DNA of 30,680 nt. Source: a virus (lineage: Duplodnaviria; Caudoviricetes). Positions 9,701 through 17,759 of the stretch are shown piece after piece. Below the pieces are notes generated by a model. That model ran no database searches. It saw nothing but the letters and a program-made list of their open reading frames with translations, and was not told where the DNA came from. Every line of letters starts with the position of its first letter. Within the stretch, counting starts at the first letter, position 1. The stretch is taken from positions 1 to 30,680 of the IMG/VR virus record IMGVR_UViG_3300026484_000341; one strand, written 5' to 3'. Both the position numbers and the translations under genes were made by a program.

Positions 9701-10606
9701 TGCTTCTTTTGCCAATACTTCTAAGGCTGTATTTATATCCATTGTTGCAGGTGGATTGTTCGGTCTCATTTGGAAATTTGGCTCTTTTTTAGCACCAAAG
9801 CCCGCCTGCTCTACTTTGTAAGCATCCGGTACTTTTGGATATTTTCCTTGCAAAATCTCTCCGCTAATTGCTTCTGTTTCTTGTGGCGATAATCCTAGAG
9901 CGTCTGCATTATTTAAGATCGCGCTTGCTATGTCTTCATCACTTTTTGCGCCTTGTACCATTTCAGGCTTAATTACATTATTTACCCTGCCTTTTGTAAA
10001 AGCGGATATAATGCCATTTAGTCCTGCAACTATGCCTGCACCAATCTCTGCATTATGCACTTTCTCTGTTGTACTCATTGCATCGTTTCCATAGTCTTTT
10101 GCAGCCATAGTTCCTGCGCCAATACCTGCACCTAAACCCATACTTGTTGCTACTGCTCTTGGTTTTGTTTTGGTTGCACCAACTGCTAATTTTTCAATAA
10201 GACTTCCTGCCTTACCTATTTTTTGCCCTTTAGATACTATTCCTGCTGGTGTAAGATTTAAAGGGTCTCCTATCATTTCTCCTGCTAGTCCAACCCATTC
10301 ATTGTCTATATTTCTATCTAGTGTCTGACTTGCTACTCTTGCCCTGTTTTGTAAAGATTTATTACCAAACAGTTTAGCTGCCGATGCTGTGTAGTCTGTA
10401 ATATTTTTTGCTGCTCCGTGAATAAAATCCTCTGCAAAATCTGGTATATACTCATCTATTTTATCCATTCTTACTTGACTATTATTCTGCTCTTGTTTAA
10501 ACTTAGCATAAAGCGGATCTTGTTTGTATGATGAATTTTGTTGCTGATTATTTTGTGATTGTTCTTGCTTGAATTTCTTATAAAGAGGATCTTGTCTGTA
10601 GTCCAT
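3788..10606 (-). CDS. Large internal virion / DNA-ejection polyvalent protein (ART-like domain, LPD23-like plus HExxH metallopeptidase, PBECR-type nuclease)
   Basis: 2272 aa at the end of the structural module; Gly/Ala-rich membrane-like segments; 'RFEIDDS..LENILDHKELFDNYPEL..STLLHELQH.IQ..EGFARGG..Y..LAGEIEAR'; 'VKTPIG...R......ALEEP.FVI...YYK....ITSF'; helical C-terminal region 'DYS....R..GISPFISW.Y'. Confidence 0.8.
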   Translation of the reverse strand: MDYRQDPLYKKFKQEQSQNNQQQNSSYKQDPLYAKFKQEQNNSQVRMDKIDEYIPDFAEDFIHGAAKNITDYTASAAKLFGNKSLQNRARVASQTLDRNIDNEWVGLAGEMIGDPLNLTPAGIVSKGQKIGKAGSLIEKLAVGATKTKPRAVATSMGLGAGIGAGTMAAKDYGNDAMSTTEKVHNAEIGAGIVAGLNGIISAFTKGRVNNVIKPEMVQGAKSDEDIASAILNNADALGLSPQETEAISGEILQGKYPKVPDAYKVEQAGFGAKKEPNFQMRPNNPPATMDINTALEVLAKEADKKRVAQGLEPIYQHKYEVQPQYTKESIYPQQPEQPYNPNFVSGDFNNNIPVPYNADAELMQRYQKIAAHPRLQELLSMRESVSAKDARSPQRLVSKGGYRELDGYGGENKHAYDRAVYEKNYAHDFHLTKGDVDKLYKGKYDDDLLSKLETDLSTLDNHPDYAKSFNSENNIDYKAELAKLDDTDVKLSPSEWEEANAVFAKGLDNVAVGAYAGIGQDENGNITFDPEKFILGLGGYTAVKQALKNGTIRGKLKDIAVDALDRVNFNPEVQKRGNSFNSMSPVKSKAQKEEKDLIAQHNLTEDNVKFADKQGGLAVPSIAVTKKDTPLDGFGNITLLGDKEIITPKRDTKTYGADIYSPRYPQIKKQLSHKAIRNIEDDLDKYHDLVARGGYVDVDNLIDDIGLKMKFLESKGYKKDKVLKYDAPKKENIEIAKTFKPFYEDGKLNRDYVNDDKFISKVKEFLKNKIGDDINDWSETQIQRVAKNYAQIMKDTLRKIEKGKSPDFYATRSNVSKIIDKKHKQEFKDYVDDYYKQHGAEEKIYNGTDRNGRQKWIDHNIDNVVKKLKKDLRGGEGFNYGTGSIRALHTPQFKSLAQIQKAKDRLVSKDEFEVVKKEVEDEYFKISDALNEHTGNTSFSNDTLNGILSEIADAPLDRVLNEYGIKDLPKSIKDDIENLKTAMQEMPTEYFETKILRKVDLGEFKVALVPNGTSKETIELLKKKGLKVSKYNPKIDGARAEKIAKVAEKEGILFVNPTHTMAGAFAGGSDTAINQRDYNGDGKTDLIDILIGAGIGAVGINALKKAAPKLFEEEEGGFKAGLFAGSKAKGFDAAKSSGKTFDGKYDTLERFEIDDSKAKLKNLARYVNTKEGTKLENILDHKELFDNYPELKDINIKFHNGSGSSFSRDGIEVGMKDFKTKDDFKSTLLHELQHSIQKEEGFARGGSAQEFYNDFKKKINLLKYELEFEPDDFIRDKKLKQLSELESKYKDGGKEEAFNMYQKLAGEIEARDVQARADYTPEQREKITPFSSEDIAPEDAVMRFNNSDDALIDGLTQKHARELEDKYLNKSSDRVLENEIMKDASELPKPLSFQEFKNMFNTREWTKVKTPIGDVSFNVSKIYKHFTDNTYFQDRAWLTGAFKDALEEPLFVIKNPIKKQIEYYKPYKDENGLVHYVGIVKDNNGNLKQITSFNKDIGSIKNMIKATDGNLMYFKHSSGAKSTTNKGKTSALNKWENRSADEIIPQDKQMSQTKEEFLNKVKEAKKKGYAHVSKIVSKEAQKEWGDAASTLERWFFDTLGAKYHDLRESATASTNGMSVKLERLHKALKELNEADRVSLHDYIAGETKDINPTLKPLADKLKQDIDNLSKDLVSKGVLTQEQYDEWAGYYIHRNYEQHFFKDVKNLMKKGFKIDDIHKRGNIQVISEKEAKKLLVDPKFIANTQKPLRDGGVRLQKLANGKYELRRDWTRAERDAMNEIRDGAITIPETLMRLKRMADNAKFLEDVSKIDEVILKDAEKFSDDEISAAGFIKAPNSPKYGVLAGKHIRKDVFDDISARNDEIFNTFHGSDGAFARIWKNYLSLWKKSKTVWNVPSHINNFMSNQFLMHLAGMRADEIVTAIGRAGKMMYEGSRLEKLMQKKMLGQATKADLKELEEMGEDLKYFLEAKDGGLLGRSQLNDILAGEQKLEKKGVLGKIDKFSEDMYHGEDAINKIAMYAHLREKVGMSKDEARKAVLTIMPDYSKPMPKGFRALRDTGISPFISWSYYTMPAIWKLLKTKQGAKKAALAMGTLAGLEYVLTGGAVTPLDNIPFYGGNKPEDFKGRRFGIGRSGDTIHTLKTDRWIPYIELTDPINFFVSNISGPTTNAVVNTLTAPSKAGMINPYYGRPVTYKNKGAGQKAYDYAKYLTQSYVPLPAQAYSGWNLIESLARSKKNRRRNKVVEPRTPRQEILKNIGLNSLSYSRSQARKENND
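5951..5980 (+). promoter_or_regulatory. Antisense sigma70 promoter inside the polyvalent-protein gene
   Basis: TTGACT (5951-5956), 18-bp spacer, TATAAT (5975-5980), with an extended -10 TG (TGgTATAAT). Confidence 0.7.
5987..6063 (+). ncRNA. Putative 77-nt structured cloverleaf-like antisense RNA
   Basis: Starts 7 nt after the -10. The ends pair over 10-11 bp (AGCACUUCGG/CUGGAGUGCU) and enclose three hairpins. GC is 36/77 (47%) in an AT-rich gene. Confidence 0.55.
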
Positions 10607-10630
10607 TTCAATAGCCTATTTTTTATTGAT

Positions 10631-10662
10631 AGACTACCAAAATGTATTTTTCAAAATAAGAG
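10631..10662 (-). promoter_or_regulatory. Late promoter motif, copy 1
   Basis: Minus strand CTCTTATTTTGAAAAATACATTT-TGG-TAGTCT upstream of the polyvalent gene. Confidence 0.7.
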
Positions 10663-10666
10663 TATT

Positions 10667-11506
10667 TTAACTATAACCTTGTAGCTTTTTCCATTCTAAA
10701 AACTGTTTCTCTTCATCATCAGTAGTTTTTTGAGATACATTTGTTTTATTTTTCTGAGTATTTTTCTTCTGCGTATCAAGTGAGTAAGTATCACTAAACC
10801 ATCCATCTTCTTTTTTTATGTTTGGAATAGTTCCTGTATTGATATAATGTTGAGATACTTGTCTTTTTATTCCCTCATCTAAATCATCCCACTCAGGAAC
10901 AAGAGCAGCAGGGTTTTTCGTGAATATTTTAGTGCGTTCTAGTTTATACTTTTCATCATTGTTTTTTGCACCTAAAGATGATTGAAATTTCTGCATATCA
11001 AGGTCATGTGTTCTATCAAACTTCTGCACATTAAAGTTAAAAGACTTATCAAACTGTGACCCTTGTTGAGAGAGTCTCTGATTTTGCAAATACTCTTTTT
11101 CTAGCCTATTTTGCTGTGATTGATACTTATCATTTTGAAGTCTTTGTGAAAACTGTCTATTTTTTAAGTTCATTGCATCATACTGTTGCTGCATACCTGC
11201 ATTTCGCTTATCTGTTAGGTACTTTAAAAAGTTTCCTATTTTTGCAGTATTCTCCTCTCCAGTTTGTAAGTGTACTTGTGGAGCTTTCATACCGTTTGGA
11301 AAATTATTAGGAAAATATGAGGACTGCTGCTGTGATTGTGCAAGTAAGCTAATAAACTTGTTTTTCTTTGGCTTTGGCGGATCAAAATTCATTGTTACCT
11401 TGTTTCCATAGCTTCCATCAGGTCGCTGTAACCCTGCTCGGTAGTCAATACTTTTAGTACCTATTACAGTACCATCATCTCTTTTCATATTCATTTGAAG
11501 TTCCAT
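10667..11506 (-). CDS. Probable internal virion (ejection) protein
   Basis: 279 aa, Gln/Asn-rich and helical; directly upstream of the giant injected protein, as in podovirus ejectosome operons. Confidence 0.55.
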   Translation of the reverse strand: MELQMNMKRDDGTVIGTKSIDYRAGLQRPDGSYGNKVTMNFDPPKPKKNKFISLLAQSQQQSSYFPNNFPNGMKAPQVHLQTGEENTAKIGNFLKYLTDKRNAGMQQQYDAMNLKNRQFSQRLQNDKYQSQQNRLEKEYLQNQRLSQQGSQFDKSFNFNVQKFDRTHDLDMQKFQSSLGAKNNDEKYKLERTKIFTKNPAALVPEWDDLDEGIKRQVSQHYINTGTIPNIKKEDGWFSDTYSLDTQKKNTQKNKTNVSQKTTDDEEKQFLEWKKLQGYS

Positions 11507-11724
11507 ATACTCTTTAACTCATGCACTTCTTTCCATTTTTTAGCAATTTCATTTGTTTTTTGTTCATACTCATCTGCAAGATTTTTCAAAGAAGTTGTAT
11601 CAACGGCATCTGCATTTATTACTTTTATCATTGTTTTTTTTATATCATTTAGCTGCTCTTGAATAACAAGAATATTATCTTTTGTTTCATGATATAAACC
11701 TCGTGCATAAATTCTTTCATCCAT
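11491..11724 (-). CDS. Hypothetical coiled-coil protein
   Basis: ATG 11724 with AAGG SD, downstream of late promoter copy 2; overlaps the next gene. Confidence 0.6.
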   Translation of the reverse strand: MDERIYARGLYHETKDNILVIQEQLNDIKKTMIKVINADAVDTTSLKNLADEYEQKTNEIAKKWKEVHELKSIWNFK

Positions 11725-11744
11725 TTTCAAACCTTTTTAACTGT

Positions 11745-11776
11745 AGATTACCAAAATAGAATTTTTAAAATAAGAG
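11745..11776 (-). promoter_or_regulatory. Late promoter motif, copy 2
   Basis: Minus strand CTCTTATTTTAAAAATTCTATTT-TGG-TAATCT; ungapped match to copy 1. Confidence 0.7.
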
Positions 11777-11780
11777 CATT

Positions 11781-13139
11781 TTAATCACCAATTACAGGAT
11801 AACCCCTATCTATCATATTGTGTTTTGCAAAAAGCTCACCTAAATCACTTCTTGGAATAGGATATCCCCATTTGTTTATTTTAAAAACATTTAATTTTGT
11901 CTTGCTCATCGTATATACATAGTCTGAAAAATTTGCTATTGCATAAGAATAGTTATATAGAAATGATGTTCCTTTCTGAATAATATCTGTAGATTTATAG
12001 CTTATATAATTTTTTGAATAGTATATTTCACCACTTGGACCTATTGAAAAATATGCCTCTTTTGCATCTCCAAGATAACAAATTTTAGATGCAGGAGTGC
12101 TTGCCTTCGGATAGTCGTGCAAATTATGTTTTTCGTTATAATGCAAAACCTTTCCATCTCTGATATAATCAAAACGAATTTTAGCATCTGATGCAAAATA
12201 GTCTAATCCTTGTATCTCTTTTATTTCTCCTCTATCAACATAGTATGTATTGCTATTTGTCATAAAATATGCATCATCATAAGCTGATTTTTTATTTCCT
12301 CTTGATGCGCTAGACGCGCTGAAATCACTTGTTGCAATATTTCCATTATCGACATCTTGCAAAGAAATAGTTCCGTGCATACCTACAATATAAACATTAT
12401 CACCATCACTAATCATAAACGGTACAACTTCGTATATTCCAACTTGTAGTATTTTTGTAAATCCATCTTCACTATACTCATAGATTTTATTTCCTGCATA
12501 AAAGAAGTTTCTTTTATTTATCGAATACACAAATAGAGGAGTTCCAAAATCATCTACATTAACATCAAAAAGTTTTACTTTATCAACTCCTGAAAATTTG
12601 TAAAAAGCATAAACATCACCGCTAGTATTTTCGCTACTGCTTCCGTCATCTGTTTTTTCAAAAATTACCAAAAATTTATTTATTCCATCATCATATCTTG
12701 AAACATTTTTTCTATATGTTGATATTTCATTTGATACATCAACAGTTCCTATAAACTCTACATTTTGAGGACACATTGCAGTAGATACAATCATAGGCTT
12801 TTCTCTTCCAAGTTCAACTTTTACAGGCAAAACAGCATCTTCAAGACTTTTATTCCTATCATATACAATAGGATCATCAGATACATTGTTTACATCAGTT
12901 GCATCTGGCTCGTTTCCTCTTTCCATATCTTTTATTATGTCTGGTGAGTCAGGCACATAAACATATCGCTCTTCTCCGGTTTGAGAGTTTTTTATCATCA
13001 TATTTATAGATGCTATATAAGTACCATTTATAATCTCTTTTGCAAGTAGATTATCATCGTATGCTGGGTGAGGATAAGGTATGCTTATCTCTTCTGCCAT
13101 TGATAAAACTCCTAAAATTAAAAACAAAATAGACTTCAT
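11781..13139 (-). CDS. Moron-like exported protein with Sec-type signal peptide, beta-rich, function unknown
   Basis: MKSILFLILGVLSMA|EE signal-like N-terminus; GGAG SD; separate AT-rich upstream region containing TAAAAT; Tyr/Phe-rich short-strand pattern. Confidence 0.6.
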   Translation of the reverse strand: MKSILFLILGVLSMAEEISIPYPHPAYDDNLLAKEIINGTYIASINMMIKNSQTGEERYVYVPDSPDIIKDMERGNEPDATDVNNVSDDPIVYDRNKSLEDAVLPVKVELGREKPMIVSTAMCPQNVEFIGTVDVSNEISTYRKNVSRYDDGINKFLVIFEKTDDGSSSENTSGDVYAFYKFSGVDKVKLFDVNVDDFGTPLFVYSINKRNFFYAGNKIYEYSEDGFTKILQVGIYEVVPFMISDGDNVYIVGMHGTISLQDVDNGNIATSDFSASSASRGNKKSAYDDAYFMTNSNTYYVDRGEIKEIQGLDYFASDAKIRFDYIRDGKVLHYNEKHNLHDYPKASTPASKICYLGDAKEAYFSIGPSGEIYYSKNYISYKSTDIIQKGTSFLYNYSYAIANFSDYVYTMSKTKLNVFKINKWGYPIPRSDLGELFAKHNMIDRGYPVIGD

Positions 13140-13178
13140 AACATATCTCCAAAAAATATGTTATATTTTACTACAATA

Positions 13179-14228
13179 TTATGTAAAATTCCTGATAGCC
13201 ATAATGTAAATATCAATACTATCAAATAAAATATCTACCATTACGATACTCTGCGTGCTATCTATTGTTTTATCACCCATTGCATCAAAAGCCAAAGTTA
13301 CATTATGCCCGTTTGGTATGAACTCAATAGTGTATAACTTACCTAAATCTATCTCATAATTACCATCTGCATCTTTTGTTATATCAAAGCTTAAATCTCC
13401 ACCGACATCAACATAATAATAGTTACCTACGATCTCTTTAAAGTTTTTTGCTATGTTTCCACTTGGTCCATCCATACCATCAAAAGGCTGTGGCTCTGCA
13501 CCTCCTACCGGTGCATCAACTTCTTCTATTGCATCACCTGCTGCATTTACTGCAAGAAATTTACCTGCTGTATATGTATCTGGTGTATCTGTAAGCTCTA
13601 AAAATGTTGTTGCTCCGCTTCCAGTTCCACTGTCTCCATCTTTTCCTACAAAACGAATAGCACTGCTCCATACTCCATCACCCTGCTTAAAAGAGATATA
13701 AATATCTCCATCCTGAAAATTATCATGCCATGATGATCCATCGTTTGAATATCTAAAAAATATTGTCTCTGTATAGACTGTATCACTATCTCTATGCATA
13801 AAGTAGTCACGCATAGCATCATTATAGCTAGCATAAATAGCATCTGCATCACTTGCATACCCATTGTACCCTACCCATAAAAAAGAGAGTGCTTTGTATA
13901 TAACTGCAAATGCTAAACCCTCATCAGTATCTAGTACTCCATCAATCGTCGGCTCTGTTGGAACTCTTATAAACTCAGTAGATGATATTTTTTTAAACTC
14001 TGTTGCAGTGCTATCATTACTCTCTAAAAGAGTTAATGGTGTTGTATTGAGTGCTGCATCTCTCAACCCAAAGTATAAAGCCTCTAACTTGCTAGTATTA
14101 TCTTTGCTCTCTAGCGGATGGGCAACATAATTTCCTGAGTCATCTTTACTGTCATCACTTTTCTTATATGCATCAACTGTGTCTGTGATAATTGTATCAA
14201 TATAATTAAGTGCTTTTGATACTAACAT
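13179..14228 (-). CDS. Tail/appendage protein: adaptor-like N-terminal domain plus fibre-like C-terminal part
   Basis: N-terminal ~140 aa resembles 23353..23778; 'FLELTDTPDTY..GKFLAVNAAGDAIE' is a common fibre linker motif. Confidence 0.6.
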   Translation of the reverse strand: MLVSKALNYIDTIITDTVDAYKKSDDSKDDSGNYVAHPLESKDNTSKLEALYFGLRDAALNTTPLTLLESNDSTATEFKKISSTEFIRVPTEPTIDGVLDTDEGLAFAVIYKALSFLWVGYNGYASDADAIYASYNDAMRDYFMHRDSDTVYTETIFFRYSNDGSSWHDNFQDGDIYISFKQGDGVWSSAIRFVGKDGDSGTGSGATTFLELTDTPDTYTAGKFLAVNAAGDAIEEVDAPVGGAEPQPFDGMDGPSGNIAKNFKEIVGNYYYVDVGGDLSFDITKDADGNYEIDLGKLYTIEFIPNGHNVTLAFDAMGDKTIDSTQSIVMVDILFDSIDIYIMAIRNFT

Positions 14229-14237
14229 ATTCTATCC

Positions 14238-14996
14238 TTACGCTTTGTAAATTTTTGCAATTTTTATCTGAGTAAGATTTTTATTGTCTTCAATCTCTTT
14301 GTTAAGCTCACCTGCTTTTTGAATTGCTTTGAGCTGTGCAAGCTTGTACTGCACCTCTGTAGCTGAAACTCTTACTTGTTGCGCTGTAAGACCTACTTTT
14401 GCCCTCTCGTTATCTGCTTGTGCTTGATAGAGCGGTATTTTTGCTTCTTCTAGCCCTACTTGAGCCTGCTTTATTAAAATATCTTTATCCATTATTTCAA
14501 TCTTTTTATCTTCTGCTTCAATCTCTTTTGTTTTAAGTTCTATATTTTTTGTTATCTCTTGAATTTGAACAGGCATAAGTGTCTCGATCTCTGCTTTCGC
14601 TTTTGCTACATTTACTGCTGAGTTGTTCAGCTTTGCCTTATCATCATTTTTCATTGACTCTATTTTCTGAACACTCTCATTTGTTCTATTTGTATCGTCT
14701 ATCTGCATTGATGCTATCTTCTGAGCTGTTTCATCTTTCATAGTCTGAATTTGAGCATCTTGCAGCGGTGTTTGACCGGCTACTGCTATTGCCTGCACTG
14801 TTACATTCGTTATTGTATTTGTAAAGAAGTCATAGATGCGTTTTGCTTTTTCATCATCACTGATTGATGTATGGTCCGTTAAAAAATTGTCTAAATCTTG
14901 TTTTGCCTTACCAAGAATAGAAATATCATTTCCATCAGCATCTTTTATAAATGCAACTGTATCAAGTATCTCAGTAAGTGTACTTTGTAATCCCAT
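14238..14996 (-). CDS. Coiled-coil virion protein, function unknown
   Basis: 252 aa, heptad-rich, in the structural operon. Confidence 0.55.
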   Translation of the reverse strand: MGLQSTLTEILDTVAFIKDADGNDISILGKAKQDLDNFLTDHTSISDDEKAKRIYDFFTNTITNVTVQAIAVAGQTPLQDAQIQTMKDETAQKIASMQIDDTNRTNESVQKIESMKNDDKAKLNNSAVNVAKAKAEIETLMPVQIQEITKNIELKTKEIEAEDKKIEIMDKDILIKQAQVGLEEAKIPLYQAQADNERAKVGLTAQQVRVSATEVQYKLAQLKAIQKAGELNKEIEDNKNLTQIKIAKIYKA

Positions 14997-14997
14997 C

Positions 14998-15606
14998 CTA
15001 ATACTCCTTTATCTCAACATCTGCCAACTCTGCATTAACTGTAACATCTTCAAGAACAACACTACCAAGGACTACATTTCCAAGCTCACTATTTATGCTG
15101 TAGTTGGGCAAAGATACATCTTCAAGTGTAGTATTTCCGATATTGACATCGTAGTTAAGTTTAGTCATGTTGTCTTTTAAAATAAACCTCTTTTTTAGTG
15201 TTTGCATTACTGTAATTTCCAAAGGGATTTCACAATAATAAAAACCATCTATAATGCTTGCAAGATTTCCACTGTTTAAAATAACGCCATTCTCATTAAA
15301 AAGTTCGTATGGAACTGTATAGTTTGGCTTATACCCTATAACAAAGTGAGGTGTAGGGTGTCCTATCTTTTTAACAATTCTAAATTTTGAGTTTATCTTA
15401 GCCAATAAATAGCCATCAAAATAAGGTGCTTTTGATAAAGCTTTGAAAAATATACCGCTTTGCTGCATTGTATATTCAAGTGGCTCTATCTCATGTGATG
15501 CAGAATTAAATGCATAGAGAGATACAACCGGCTCACTATCTGTCTGAACAATAATGCTAAAGTCAAGACCTCGTGTGATATTTGTTGTATCTACTCTAAC
15601 TACCAT
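14998..15606 (-). CDS. Hypothetical virion protein
   Basis: 202 aa, beta-rich, tightly packed in the operon, AGGA SD. Confidence 0.55.
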   Translation of the reverse strand: MVVRVDTTNITRGLDFSIIVQTDSEPVVSLYAFNSASHEIEPLEYTMQQSGIFFKALSKAPYFDGYLLAKINSKFRIVKKIGHPTPHFVIGYKPNYTVPYELFNENGVILNSGNLASIIDGFYYCEIPLEITVMQTLKKRFILKDNMTKLNYDVNIGNTTLEDVSLPNYSINSELGNVVLGSVVLEDVTVNAELADVEIKEY

Positions 15607-15614
15607 GAAGTATC

Positions 15615-16175
15615 CTAGTACGCTACTGCTACATCACTGTAAACTGGTGCATCAGGATCTATAACCTGCTCTACTGTACTATCAACTGTGCGTATTCTCT
15701 CTTCAACAATAATTCCATGCTCAGGACTCTCAATTGTAACAAGGAACTCACCCTCTGTTTGGATTGCAAACTCTGGCGTTACATAAACACCCGTATTTCC
15801 AACCTGTGTAAGCGTTGCACCATCTGCCACTGATGATCTTAGTTTTGTTCTAAGATAAAGCTTTGTTGCTGTTGCTTTTGTAACATACACATACTTTCCT
15901 GTAGCATATTCAACAACATCACCACTTACAACATCATGCCCACTATCTACAGTGATATAAGTAGCACCGTATGGAGCATAACCGTTTACTGTAGCAGTAT
16001 GAGCCGTTGCAATACTCTCAACTGCCTCACTCATACCACCTGCAACTGATGTTGTATCTGTAAGGTTATTTGTTGGTGCATACACTACACTAAACTCATC
16101 CGATGCTGCACCCAAAAGTGTTGCTTTCGTTGAAACAACTACATCAAAATTTTGCCCTATTTCGTAAGTCTTCAT
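15615..16175 (-). CDS. Hypothetical virion structural protein (beta-rich)
   Basis: 186 aa, Thr/Val/Ala-rich; strong AAGGAG SD. Confidence 0.6.
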   Translation of the reverse strand: MKTYEIGQNFDVVVSTKATLLGAASDEFSVVYAPTNNLTDTTSVAGGMSEAVESIATAHTATVNGYAPYGATYITVDSGHDVVSGDVVEYATGKYVYVTKATATKLYLRTKLRSSVADGATLTQVGNTGVYVTPEFAIQTEGEFLVTIESPEHGIIVEERIRTVDSTVEQVIDPDAPVYSDVAVAY

Positions 16176-16180
16176 TGCTT

Positions 16181-16198
16181 ACTCCTTTTGTATTGATT
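16181..16198 (-). repeat. 18-bp translation-initiation repeat, copy A (AATCAATACAAAAGGAGT)
   Basis: Identical to 22931-22948; preceded on the mRNA by the hairpin GCCCT-CGAT-AGGGC (16208-16221). Confidence 0.7.
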
Positions 16199-16227
16199 AT
16201 TTCTACCGCCCTATCGAGGGCAGCATA

Positions 16228-17757
16228 TTAGTACATAAAAATAAAATTGTTTGTACCGTCATAAACTTCTACATCAGGCAATCTAAAATCAACAAAACCG
16301 CTATTATCTGTATCTCTTTGAAATACTATTAAGTTTGTTCCGTTGTCTTTTTCGTAAACCTGTGTAAAACCACTTCCATCTGCAACAATCTTATGCTGCC
16401 GCATAAGTGTTTTTCCGTTTAACTTGTAAATGTTTCCATCAACATCAACTGCGATTACTGCTCTTGCTACCGATGCAGATGTTTTTGATGCAGATTGCAT
16501 AAAACATAGACTTCTACTTATAGTATGCGATGATGTTGCAGCTACGCCAGCCCATCCACAAGTAGGTAATGTTTGTCTTTCATACCACGACTTATAGGCA
16601 TCTAGCCATGATGTTTTTACAATACTTTTTCTAAAAACATTATCTGCAGAACGATTAACAATATCGCTTGCAACACCAACTTTACCTAACATAAGTCCAT
16701 CAATGGAACTTCTTGATGCAATACCTAAACCATAGATATTTGATGCAATGATTTTTCCATCTTTTATTAGCTTGTTATCTGTAGTCAAGTGATAACCGCC
16801 TGCTGACTTAACAATATTATTGCTTCCATCACTTAGCTTTACTTCTCTTGCTCTTCCATTCCCATCAAGTGCAAGATCTACTATGTCCTCACCATGAGCA
16901 ACTACGCGTTCACCATCGTAAACATAATCACCAATAGCAACAGCATCACCTGCATCTGTAAGTATAGATTTATCAATTACACCTACTTTTGCCTGCTGCA
17001 GCATTTTACCGCCTGCAACTCTTATGATTTTTTCATAAAGATTTCCGTATTTATGATAGTTGCCATAAGAAAAAGGAGCATAAACAAAAATTGCCTTATC
17101 ATCAATATTTCTACATATAAAAGTGCTGTTGTCTCTCATAACAGTAAACTCAGATATAAAAGGATTTGGAACGGCATCACCCATGTTGAAACGCTGTCTA
17201 GCTTCACCGCGAACAACATTTACATATCCATCGGCATCTAGGTATGCGTAACCATTTCGTATTGAAACAAGTTGAATAGCATTAATCTTAATATCATACG
17301 GAACTGCACCTGTAAATACTATTCCACCATTCATCCCAGACACTCTGCCACCCGAAACGCTTTTATTGTTAATCCCATGCGCTACATATTCACCTGTTGT
17401 ATAACCGGCTATTGCAAACTCACGAAGTTTTTGCAGAGAAACATTTGTTACATTTCCATCTGCATCAGTAAAACTTTCCTCAATGTCTTCAACACCATTA
17501 AAAAGCTTGATACTTCTTGTAAGCGTTGGGGTTATCTGCGGAGTATATGCACCACTACTATCTGCTGATATTACACGTTTAATAGTATCCGGCGGATTTT
17601 TAGGATCAAATGTAAAAGTCGCATTTCCAAGTCCAAGAAGAATAGAGCATTTCCGATTGTTTAGCGTAGGATAGATAGTAACCTTCCCATCACTAACATT
17701 TGCCTTATACCCACACCCTGCATCTACGCTAGGTTCTTTTCTACTTGCTCTACTCAT
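16228..17757 (-). CDS. Putative tail protein
   Basis: 509 aa, beta-rich, in the tail region; no family recognised. Confidence 0.5.
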   Translation of the reverse strand: MSRASRKEPSVDAGCGYKANVSDGKVTIYPTLNNRKCSILLGLGNATFTFDPKNPPDTIKRVISADSSGAYTPQITPTLTRSIKLFNGVEDIEESFTDADGNVTNVSLQKLREFAIAGYTTGEYVAHGINNKSVSGGRVSGMNGGIVFTGAVPYDIKINAIQLVSIRNGYAYLDADGYVNVVRGEARQRFNMGDAVPNPFISEFTVMRDNSTFICRNIDDKAIFVYAPFSYGNYHKYGNLYEKIIRVAGGKMLQQAKVGVIDKSILTDAGDAVAIGDYVYDGERVVAHGEDIVDLALDGNGRAREVKLSDGSNNIVKSAGGYHLTTDNKLIKDGKIIASNIYGLGIASRSSIDGLMLGKVGVASDIVNRSADNVFRKSIVKTSWLDAYKSWYERQTLPTCGWAGVAATSSHTISRSLCFMQSASKTSASVARAVIAVDVDGNIYKLNGKTLMRQHKIVADGSGFTQVYEKDNGTNLIVFQRDTDNSGFVDFRLPDVEVYDGTNNFIFMY

Positions 17758-17759
17758 TG

